Part shown: positions 14,206 to 24,437 of the stretch, piece by piece
How positions within the stretch are numbered: the first letter of the stretch is position 1
How the letters are laid out: each line of letters opens with the position of its first letter
Assembly: GCA_963715985.1 (NCBI GenBank)
Contig: CAVQSP010000013.1
Coordinates: 611,795 to 675,794, forward strand
Source of the DNA: an uncultured Thermoleophilia bacterium
Lineage (GTDB): Bacteria; Actinomycetota; Thermoleophilia; UBA2241
DNA: 64,000 nt
Direction: 5' to 3'
Position numbers and translations under genes: made by a program
The notes under the pieces: generated by a model
Seen by the model: only the letters and a program-made list of their open reading frames with translations
Database searches by the model: none
What the model was told of the DNA's origin: nothing

Positions 14206-15183
14206 TCACCTCCGGTCCAGGCCCGGCGCGTAGCCGGCCACCGTGTTGGCGCGGATGCGGGCCAGCTGTGCGCCGCCCACCTTGTCCAGATACGCGTCCC
14301 AGCTCTCGACGCCGTACACCCACTCCTCGAGCTAGGCGGCCCAGGACTCATCGTCCTTGGCCACGACCTTGTAGTGGTTCAGGTGCGCGGGGTCGTAGTC
14401 GTAGAAGTAGCGGCAGGCGGTGGGGTGGGCGCCGTAGGGCACCGGCACCACCGCGTCGACGAGGAAGGGCGGCAGCGCGTTCTGGTCGGGGTCGAGGCGC
14501 AGGTAGTGCTCGGGGACGATCTCCTCGCAGGTGACGATGACGGCCCCGGCGGCCTTGCACTGCTCGAGGTCCGCGAAGGTGAGGCCCTTGATGCGCACGG
14601 TGCCGTCGGTGCTCACCTGCTGCGCGTGGATGATGGAGACGTCCGGCGTGAGCGCCGGCAGGAGCACCACCTCGTCGTCCTTGGCGCCGAAGGGGTCGTC
14701 GATGACGATCACCTTCTCGCACGGGATGCCGTCCTCGCAGCGCAGCTCGGGCGGGAAGCCCGACTTCTCCACCACGTCGGTGCCGAGCCCCGACTTGCTG
14801 GGGATGAACGGCACGTTGAGGGCGCCGGCCAGGAAGCGCAGGCTCATCATGTTGTTGGTGTAGTCCTCCACCAGCACCTCGCCGCGCTCGACGGCCTTGC
14901 GGAAGCGGATGCAGGTGGGGGCGAAGCGGCCGTTGCCGCCGTAGGCGATGTCGAGGCGGCGCACGCAGCCGGCGCCGATCAGCACGTCGAGCGCCTGGCC
15001 GTTGGAGTGGGCCACCAGGTGCAGGTCCTTGACGCGGCGGCGGGCGATCTCGTACACGGCCGCCATCGGGTTGCGGTTGATGGTGAAGCCGCCCACGGCG
15101 ATCTGGCAGCCGTCGGGCACGAAGCGCCCCACGGCTTCGCCGATGCTCATGAGCTTGCCGTCCAGGCCGTTGTGCTCAGCCAT
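14206..15183 (-). CDS. CoA-transferase subunit A, glutaconate type; in-frame TAG at 14332-14334
   Basis: KLMSIGEAVGRFVPDG, LIGAGCV, LRFLAGALNVPFIP, VVPVPYGAHPT; the frame continues after TAG with LEEWVYGVESWDAYLDKVG to TGA at 14206. Confidence 0.9.
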
Positions 15184-15230
15184 GCTCTGTCCCCTTCGTC
15201 GTGTGCGGGCGAGCGCCGGAGGCCGAGGGG

Positions 15231-15369
15231 GTGCCTTAACGCGAAAGCCCCCAGCAGGCGTCGCCACCTGAGCTGGGGGACAGGGCCTGACGGAGAGGCC
15301 GGCGGGAACGCCGCCGGCCCGGACCCTGTGGCAGCGCATCCATGATACACGGGGGCGGCGGCGGTGCAA
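15231..15369 (-). promoter_or_regulatory. Promoter (TTGCAC-16bp-TATCAT) and structured two-hairpin leader of CoA-transferase operon
   Basis: Stems CAGGGTC/GGCCCTG and CCCCCAGC/GCTGGGGG followed by CTTTCGCGTT; same layout at 59091-59202. Confidence 0.6.
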
Positions 15370-15456
15370 CGTGTGGGCGGCGCGCCCGCTTGGCGGGCGC
15401 GCCGCCCGGGTACGCTGTCGCACACACCGCTCGCGCCGGAGCGAGGAGGCGGTCGA

Positions 15457-15834
15457 ATGAGCGAGGCGGATGCAGAAGCGGTGCTCGACGGTCACACGCC
15501 TGAGGTCTACGGCCTCGCGCAGTGGCTGCGGCGGGCCGTGAAGTCGGCGGACCGCGACCTGAGCGAGCGCGTCTACAAGGGCCGGCACGGCTTCGGCTAC
15601 CACCACCCGGACGCCGGCTACGTGTGCGCCGTCTTTCCACGCGAGGACGACGTGCTGCTGGCCTTCGAACACGGCGCCGACCTCGCCGATCCCGAGGGGC
15701 GCCTGACCGCGGGCGGCAAGCAGGTGCGCTCCCTCGTCTTCACGGAGCGCAGCTCGCACCCGTTCGCGGTCATCCGCGGCTTCGTGAGGGCGGCCGTGGA
15801 GGACGGCGTGAGGCGCCGTCAGTCCGGCCGCTGA
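15457..15834 (+). CDS. DUF1801 (YdhG-like) domain protein, copy 1
   Basis: ERVYKG.HGFGY...YVCAVFP....LAFEHGADLADPEGRL..GGKQVR pattern; GAGGAGG RBS. Confidence 0.75.
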   Translation: MSEADAEAVLDGHTPEVYGLAQWLRRAVKSADRDLSERVYKGRHGFGYHHPDAGYVCAVFPREDDVLLAFEHGADLADPEGRLTAGGKQVRSLVFTERSSHPFAVIRGFVRAAVEDGVRRRQSGR

Positions 15835-16046
15835 CTCGCGCGCCTTTGCGTGCGGACGCACGCCGGGACGGGGTCGTGCTTCGTCGCCCACGACGCCGTC
15901 GCGAGATCTGTCTGCGCTTGGCGGTCCCACTGCCTCATTCGAGTGAGGGCCGTTGCATACGACGATCCGTGGCGTTGGCTTCGTCACAGCGGCGCGGTCC
16001 GCACAGGGTCCGCCAGACGATGGTTCCATTGATGGCTCCGCCTACG

Positions 16047-16085
16047 TTGACCCGCGAAGTCCGTCGTGCTATGTGAATCGTCACA
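16047..16085 (+). promoter_or_regulatory. Putative promoter TTGACC-17bp-TATGTG overlapped by palindrome TGTGA-N4-TCACA
   Basis: Seen in sequence at 16047-16052, 16070-16075 and 16072-16085. Confidence 0.45.
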
Positions 16086-16461
16086 CAAGGCCGTGCTCGA
16101 CTTCCATGGAGGGGGCTTCGGAGATGGGTTGCAGCTGCTCACCGTCTGCAGGACGACTCCGGCTGCGAGCTGGGGGTCGGCCTCGGGCCGCGCAGCAGCA
16201 CTTCGCGCGTCGACGCAGATCGGCGGGACCTCTCCGGCGCCACCCTCATCCAAGCTACCGACTTGGTCTCCGGCCACGGTCGTCGGCCGCACAGCTGCTC
16301 TGGGTGCACTCGCTCTCGTCCGCGCGCAGGTGCTCACGGGGGGAAGGAGCCGGTCCGTCCCGGGGACGCATCTTATGACGGTGTCCCGGGGCCTGGTGTT
16401 GACGAATGGCGCCGCTGTGCCCGCGGCGTGTCATGGGGTCGTCTGAGCGACAGGGGGGATC

Positions 16462-19400
16462 ATGCGCAGGTCAGTCCGTGCTCTCACGCTTCTTCTGACC
16501 GCCGTCTGCGCGGTGGCGCTGGCCGGAACTCTGATCGCTTTCTGGGCGGAGCCTGCTCGAGCCGCCTACGGCGGCCTCGCAGCCGCTCTTGCCGACGTGA
16601 CTCCGCCGCTGACCACCTGTAACTACGACGGCGCCTGGCGCAACGCTCCCGTCACCCTCACGTTCAGCGCCACTGACGCCGGCTCCGGCGTCGACTACAC
16701 CGAGTACTCGGCCGACAACGGCGTCACCTGGACGCGCGGCGCCTCGGTGGTCGTCTCGGCGCCGGGCGTGACCCCGATCCTCTACCGCTCCGGCGACAAG
16801 GCCACCCCTGCCAACGTCGAGAGCGCCAAGAGCGTGAGCGTGAAGATGCTCGGCGTCGCCCTCTATGCGGGCAGCAACACGACCATGAGCGGCAGCAGCA
16901 AGGTCACCAGTCCCCTGATCGGCGGCCAGCCGAGCGCGGCCCTCTACGTGGCCGGCAAGCTGACCACCAGCGGCTCGGTCGATCTGAGCAAGACCGTGCA
17001 GTACGTCCAGGCGAAGGGCGCCGCGGTGCCGCCCCTGAGCCGGTTCATGCCCGACGCGCGCATCGCCCTGCTGACGCAGGCCTCACAGGCCGCCCAGCAG
17101 ACCGGCACCGTCTACAAGGGCCTCACCTACAGCGGCACCCAGAACGTGACCTTCACGGCGCCGATCACGGTGAACGGCAACCTCACCATCTCCGGCTCCG
17201 GCACCTACACCTTCGCCTCGGTCTACGTCACCGGCAACGTGACCATCAGCAACGTCTCGGCGAAGGTCAGCTTCGCCGCACTGCGCGTCGGTGGCTCGCT
17301 CACCGTGAGCGGTGGCGGAGCCATGCAGTGGGGTCCTACCTATGTCGCCGGCAACACCACGCTCTCGGGCAGCGGCCAGTGGAACGTGGGGCTGCTCGTC
17401 ACCGGCGGCAACTTCACCCTCAGCGGCAGCCAGACCATCGCCGGCGACAGGCTGGGCGCCGGCGCCGAGACCGGCCACCATCCTGCTGACGGGCCAGGGC
17501 AAGGCGCTGACCATCAGCAACACCGGCACCTTCTACGGCCTGCTCTGCAACCGCTACGGCGGCTTCACCCAGAGCGGCACCGGCATCATCAATGGCTCGG
17601 TGCTCTGCGGCGGGTCGTACATCGCCAGCGGCAGCTCGACGATCAGCCTACGACCCAGCGTGGCGAGGCTCACGCTTGACGTGACACCGCCCCACGGTGA
17701 CCATCGCCTCGCCGGCAAGCTGGGAGCCTCAGCAACGACCGAGCCCCGTGCTCAGTTCACGACGCCGGACGACCCCGGCGGAAGCGGGCTGGCGATGGGT
17801 TCGCTGCAGGTCAAGCTCGACGGCGCCGTTGCAGCGGTGAAGTCGGGAGACACGCTGCGCAACCTGTCGGACGGGGTGCACACGGTCTCCGTGACGGTCG
17901 CCGATCTCGCCGGCAACGCGACTACGGCGACCACGAGCTTCACGATCGGCAAGACGACGCCCATCGTGACGCTCACTTCGCCAAACGTGACCGACGGCGG
18001 CAGGACAAGCTACAACAGGCCGGTCTTCCGACTTCAGAGCCTCCGACCCCGGCGGCAGCCAGCTTCCCTGTGAGGTGACACTGCGTGGCGAGGCCGGCGA
18101 AGCGCCTGTCGCGGCAACGTCGGACCGGCCGCTGCCGGATGTCTTGAAGGATGGACACTACACGCTCACCGTCACGGCCCGAAATGGGCCCGGGAACGAG
18201 ACGTCGAAGTCCTGCGCCTTCACCGTCGATACCGTGACGGCACTCCCATTCACCGTGTCGTCGAGCGCTCTGTACGAAGGTGACGAGATCGGTCTGTACG
18301 CCGATTCCACGGGAGCCACGGGCAACGCCGGCGGGAGTTGGGTCGGCAAGACGTGGCAGTGGAGCGTCGCTCAGCCCAGCCACGACGAGCCCACCACGTT
18401 CGACGGACCCATCGGCTACGTGACGCTGCCGACCGCGGGCGACTACCACGTTCGCATGACCGTCACCGACGCGGCGACCGGCGCGATCTGCGTTGCGGAC
18501 AAGACGCTGTCCGCGCAGCCGGAGCCGCCAAGGGTCCACGCTCTCAACGTGGAGGTCCTGAACGGCCGACCCACGACGCTCTTGGCGAGGTTCCTCGACC
18601 GCGGTTGGGAGCAGACGCACACCGCGACCTGGACGATCGACGGGGTCGGCTCGTTCGGCGGAGCAGTCAGCCGAGGACAATTACCCCGCCATCGACTCTG
18701 GCTGCGTAACAGGCCAACACCCCATCACTCGACGCATCCCACGAGCCCTATCAAGGTCACCTCACTGTGACAGATTCCACGGGCCAGAGCGCCCGGACCG
18801 ACTTCACGATCACGCCGGTCTCACCTGGTTCGAACGTCGACGAAGGCCGCTCCGGGAGCGACACGATCAAGCGGCCAGCGGACAGCCCAGTAGCATGCGG
18901 TGGACAGGTGCACCTGTCGCTACATCCAGTCGGCCGCTGACGTCGACGTCTTCGAGGTCCAGACGCCCGGCGGTAAGCCGCTGCCCTACGGCACCCAGGT
19001 GCTCGTGACGCTCCGCGACCTGCCCGCGGACTTCGACCTGGCAGTGATCCAGGACCTCGGCGCTGAAGTCGCTCTGGACGACGGTCTCGCAGGTTCGTCG
19101 CATGCCAGTGCGGGCCGCATCCCCGGCATCGGCCGCATCCCCGGCATCGGCCTGTACGACCTCGGCCGCATCCCCGGCATCGGCCGCATCCCCGGCATCG
19201 GCCGCATCCCCGGCATCGGCCGCATCCCCGGCATCGGCCGCATCCCCGGCATCCCGCTGCTGGACGCCGGCCGCATCCCCGGCATCCCGCTGCTCGACGG
19301 TGGCCGCATCCCCGGCATCCCGCTCTTCCGTGACCCTGTCCTCTCGATGCTCTTCGACGACCTGACGCCGGTGGAGGGCAACCCCGAGGCGCCGCCGAAC

Positions 19401-22400
19401 AGCAACAGTCTCGACGGCTATCCACTGTCCGACATGAGCTTCACCGATCTCTCCGACGATACGGGCAGCAGCATCAAGTTCGAGGAACTCGGCTTCGACA
19501 ACCAGGCAGTGGCCGACATGAGGGTCGCCGGCTTCTCCGCGCATTCGGGGACCAGCTCCGAAGTCGTGCTGGCGGATACGGACTTCGTCAACGGGCACAC
19601 CTACATCATGATCAAAGGCGCGAACGGAGCCTTCTCTGCGACCGAGCCCTACACGCTTCAGGTCGAGACGTCGGTGCCGAACGACACGCCCGAGGCCATC
19701 AACGCCGGCATATCGCCCTCGCCGACGCCGGTGGTCGCCAACGCCGGCAGTACGCCTGTGATCGAAGCGACCCCGCCGGCGGGCGTGACGCCGCTGACGC
19801 TCTTCGTGACCCAGGCGGATCGCATCGATGCCATCTATGCGGATTCGAGCCGCCCGAACTACAAGCCCTTCGAAGACACGATCCTGCACCCCGTGGGCGG
19901 GCGAGGGCTGGAGCAAGCGTGCGCTGACCCCCTCGTCCGCGGCGAAGTGATCTCGGTGCCGGCAAACATCTACGATGCCTGGGACCGTGCTCCGTGGGAC
20001 ACGACGCTGGCGAACGGCGTCGCCGAGCACATCCGCGACGACGTGATCCGGCCCTACCTGCGCGACCATCCGTCGGTCAAGTACGTCGTGCTCATCGGCA
20101 GCGACGACATGATCCCTCAGCATCGCGCGCCCGACGGTACTACGCTGTGCAACGAGAGCGCCTACGCCGCCGGCTCCTACTTGAAGTCCAGCAGCCCTCA
20201 GCTTGCCGGCATGCTGGACTCGATGGTGCTCACCGACGACTACTACGTCGACGCGCAGCCCAGCGCCTACAACGGGCGCCCCCTCTACATTCCCGACATC
20301 GCCGTGTCACGGCTGGTCGAGAAGCCGGCCGAGATCGCCGGCCAGATTCGACAGTTCCTCACCAAGAACGGCGTCCTCGACGGCGGGAGCGCGGTCGTGA
20401 CCGGTCAGGACTTCATGACCGACGGGGCCACCCGCGTGAAGAACATCCTGGCCACCGCCGGCCTCACACCCAATGCCCTCGCCGATCCGGCCAGGGACTA
20501 TCTGCGCTCGTGGACGGCGAACGACGTCCGAATGGACCTGCTGAACAAGCCGGCCAACAGCAGCAACAGGCCGGCCGATGTCGGCAACATCAACGCCCAT
20601 TTCACGCACTACGGCGGCCTCTCCGCCTCCGGCTACACACTCGCGAAGGCCGGTCAGGACTGGGCGAGTGAGTTCTTGTCGACCACTGACATCGCGAGCG
20701 CCGAGTCGTTCGTCGGCAAGCTGGTCTTCTCGATGGGCTGCCACGCCGGGCTCAACGTGCCCGACGACCGCGTAGCTGGCACTTCTGACGCCACCGCCAG
20801 CGTCGATCCACGCCTCGACGTCGCCCAGGCAGTGGCGCGAACACAGGGAGTCCTGATCGGCAGTACCGGGTTCGGATTCGGCGACACCGAGGCGATCTCC
20901 TGTACCGAGGCGCTCGTCGGGAACTTCGTCGACCAGGCGTCCACGAGCGACACGGCCAGCAAACTGGCCACGCCGGAGACAGGTCAGCCGATCGGGCTCG
21001 CCCTGGCCGCGGCCAAGCGTGAGTACCTCGGCTCCCTCTCGGCGGTCACGGCTTACGATGAGAAGTCGAGCATCGAATTCACGATGTACGGCATGCCGCA
21101 GTATCGCCTGGCGTGCACGACTCATCCCTACGTTCCGGGCGTCCAGACTGGCGGGATCGACCCGCAGGGCGCCGGTATCGACTTCGGGATCCCGGAGACG
21201 GGCTTCTCTCTGACTGTCTCGGACCAGGGTGTGGACACGCCGTTTGGCGCGACCCTCAAGGAGGCGAACCCGGACCGCACGGCCCGCTTCCTTGCGGCCT
21301 ACCGTACGGTGAACGGCGTGACCAGTGGAGACGCCGAAGCCACGTACGGCGAGCCGATCCAGCCCAGGATCTCGATCTACCTCGGTGTTCAGGGTAGCAA
21401 CCCGGTCAAGTCGGCGATCGTCACGGGTGGCACCTACCACGACTACGCCGGCTTCGATCCGGCCATCTCGACCGTGATGCCCACGACATATGGGGGCGTC
21501 CCAGAACTCCAGAGCGCGGGTGGCGGCTGGTCGCCGCCCAGTCCGGTGACGGTGTCGACGATCGGCAAGGAACAATGGCTGAATGTGCTTCCCGGCCAGT
21601 TCCTGGCCACGTCACCCAGCGACGCGTCGACGATTACGGGGACCGAACGGGTCTGGAGTAGTCTGCAGGTGACGCTCGTCAGAGGCTCGACCAGTGGCAC
21701 GAGCGACACCATTGCCCCGACGGTCCACAGCGTGACGCTTTCGAACGACGGCGACTGGTGGACAGCGACGATCGACGCAGACGACAACGGCAGCGCCGCG
21801 GGCGGCGGCATCACTCAGATCGATGTCACACAGGTCGGCGCTTCGCCCGCGGTCCACAGCGACCAGGCTTTTGATCCGGCGGCCTCTGGGCCCTATCAGG
21901 TCCGGTCCTACCTGCCTGGTCTCGAGACGACAGACGTGGCCGTGATGGTCGCCGTGACCGACGCACAAGGGAACGTGACGACGGCTACGGCCAAGGGCAG
22001 CCTCATCGTCCTGGACACCACGCCGCCGGCGATCAGCATCACCTCGCCGGCCGACGGCTCGACGTTCACAACGGCCACGCCACAGCTGGTCTGTGACACC
22101 GGCGATGCTGCGCCGGCCAGCGTTGTGGTGAAGGTCGACGGCAATGTGGTCGCCAAGACATCCGGCCAGAATCTCGACGCCCTGGCCGACGGTCAGCATA
22201 CCGTGACAGTCAGCGGCGCGGACGCGGCCGGCAACACCGGCTCCGCCACGTCCACATTCACTGTGGCCGCGGCCCTGTTCGCCACCCACGTCGACTACGC
22301 CACCGCCTTCAACCCGTTCGCAGTCGCCGCTGGCGACTTCAACGGCGACGGCGTGAAGGACCTGGCAGTGGCCAATCACGGTGCCGATAGCGTCAGCGTT

Positions 22401-24356
22401 CTGCTGGCTCACGGCGACGGCACCTTCCAGGCCAAGGTCGACTACGCGACCGGGAGTGAATCGTGGGCGGTCGCCGTCGGCGACTTCGACGGCGACGGCG
22501 TGAAGGACTTGGCGGTGGCCAACGCCAGCGCCTGGACCGTCAGCGTCCTGCTGGGCAACGGCAACGGCACCTTCGGGGCCAAGGTCGACTACGCGACCGG
22601 AAACACCCCGCAAGGGGTCGCCGTCGGCGACTTCAACCGCGACGGTGCCCAGGACCTGGCGGTGGCCAGCGCCGGCGCGAATGCCGTCAGCGTCCTCCTG
22701 GGCAACGGCGACGGCACCTTCCGGCCCAACGTCGACTACCCGACAAGCGGCGGTCCGATCAGGGTCGCCGTCGGCGACTTCAACCGCGACGGCGCTGAGG
22801 ACCTGGCGGTGGCCAACGGCAACAACACCGTCAGCGTGCTGCTGGGCACCGGCAACGGCACCTTCCAGGACAAGGTCGACTACCCGACCGGCACCAGCCC
22901 GTTCGGGGTCGCCGTTGGCGACTTCAACCGCGACGGCGCTGAGGACCTGGCGACGGCCAACGCCAACGCCAACACCGTCAGCGTGCTGCTGGGCACCGGC
23001 AACGGCACCTTCCAGGACAAGGTCGACTACCCGACCGGCACCAGCCCGTTCGGGGTCACCGTCGGCGACTTCAACGGCGACGCCATCCAGGACCTGGCGG
23101 TGCCCAACGGCGTCGACGACACCGTCAGCTTGCTGCTGGGCATCGGCAACGGTACCTTCCAGACCAAGGTGGACTCCGTGGTCGGCGGTAGCCCGTACGG
23201 GGTCGCCGTCGGCGACTTCGACGTCGACGGAATGCAGGACTTGGCGGTGGCCAACAACCTCGACGACACCGTCAGCGTGCTGCTGAACGCTTTGCCTTCT
23301 CTCGGCTCGCTTCAGTTCGCCAGCCATGCGGAGTGGGCCACCGGAAGCGGCAACATCCATTCGGCCGCCGTCGGCGATTTCGACGGCGACGGCAAGCAGG
23401 ATCTGGCGACGGCCAATGGCGGCAGCAGCGTCAGTGTCCTGCTGGGTATCGGCAGCGGCACCTTCCCCACCCATGCCGAGTACACGACCGGTTCCACGCC
23501 GTACTCGATCGCCGTCGGCGATTTCAATCGGGACGGCAAGCAGGATCTGGCGACGGCCAACTCCAACGGCAGCAGCGTCAGTGTTCTGCTGGGCACGAGC
23601 GGCGGCGTATTCGGCGCCGCGACTGACTTCACGACCGGCGCCGGCTCCACTCCGTTCTCGATCGCCGTCGGCGATTTCAATCGCGACGGTAGGCAGGACC
23701 TGGCGGTGGCAAAGGGCGGCCCTCACAGCGTCAGCGTCCTCTTGGGCAATGGCGACGGCACCTTCACGACCGGGAGCATCTACGCGACCGGCACGAACCC
23801 GCACTCGATCATCGTCGGCGACTTCAACGGCGACGGTAAGCAGGATATGGCGACGGCCAACAACTGGAGTGGCGGGGGCGTCAGCATCTTCTTGGGCAAT
23901 GGCAACGGCACCTTCGCGGTCAGGGTGGACTACATGACCGAGACCGATGTCAATCCAATGTCGGTCGCCGTGGGCGACTTCAATCGCGATGGCAGGCAGG
24001 ACCTTGTTGCAGGCACCTGGGGTGGCAACAGCGCCAGGGTCCTGATCGGCGACGGCGACGGCACGTTCACGGCCGGGAGCAACGTCGCGACCGGCAGCTA
24101 CGCCGGATCGGTCGCGGTAGGCGACTTCAACGACGACGGCAGGCAGGACGTGGCGATCGCCAACGTCAACGATCAGACCATCAGCATCCTGCCGGGCAAC
24201 GGTAACGGTACATTCGCAGCCAAGGTCGACTACACGATCGGCCTCACCCTGTACGCGGTCGCCGTCGGCGATTTTAATCGGGACGGTAAGCAGGACCTTG
24301 CGACGGCCAACGCGAGCAGCAACGTCAGCGTCCTGCTCAATACGACTCCACGATGA
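16462..24356 (+). CDS. Giant secreted multidomain protein: signal peptide, Ig-like/PKD domains, beta-helix-like segment, GRIPGI repeats, C25 (gingipain-like) cysteine peptidase, ~14 FG-GAP/VCBS repeats (several apparent frameshifts 17450-18900)
   Basis: N-terminal signal peptide; consecutive Thr/Ser/Gly-rich ORF pieces with no internal RBS/start seen; [29 protein letters not shown] and MGCHAG motifs; repeated VAVGDFNxDGxxDLAVAN...[12 protein letters not shown]. Confidence 0.75.
19113..19319 (+). repeat. Intragenic 18-bp tandem repeat GGCCGCATCCCCGGCATC (GRIPGI x9)
   Basis: Nine copies in blocks 2+5+1+1 separated by GLYDL/PLLDA/PLLDG spacers. Confidence 0.95.
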
Positions 24357-24437
24357 GGTGGTCCAGGTGCGCGTCCGACTCAAAGGTGTAGACGATCGCT
24401 GAGCGCGAGTGAATGTGGCAGCGGAGGAGGTCGGCGT

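Noticed and set aside
19113-19319. 18-bp repeats as a CRISPR array
   Set aside because: Units are mostly contiguous, too short, in frame within a CDS, with no unique 30-40-bp spacers and no cas genes
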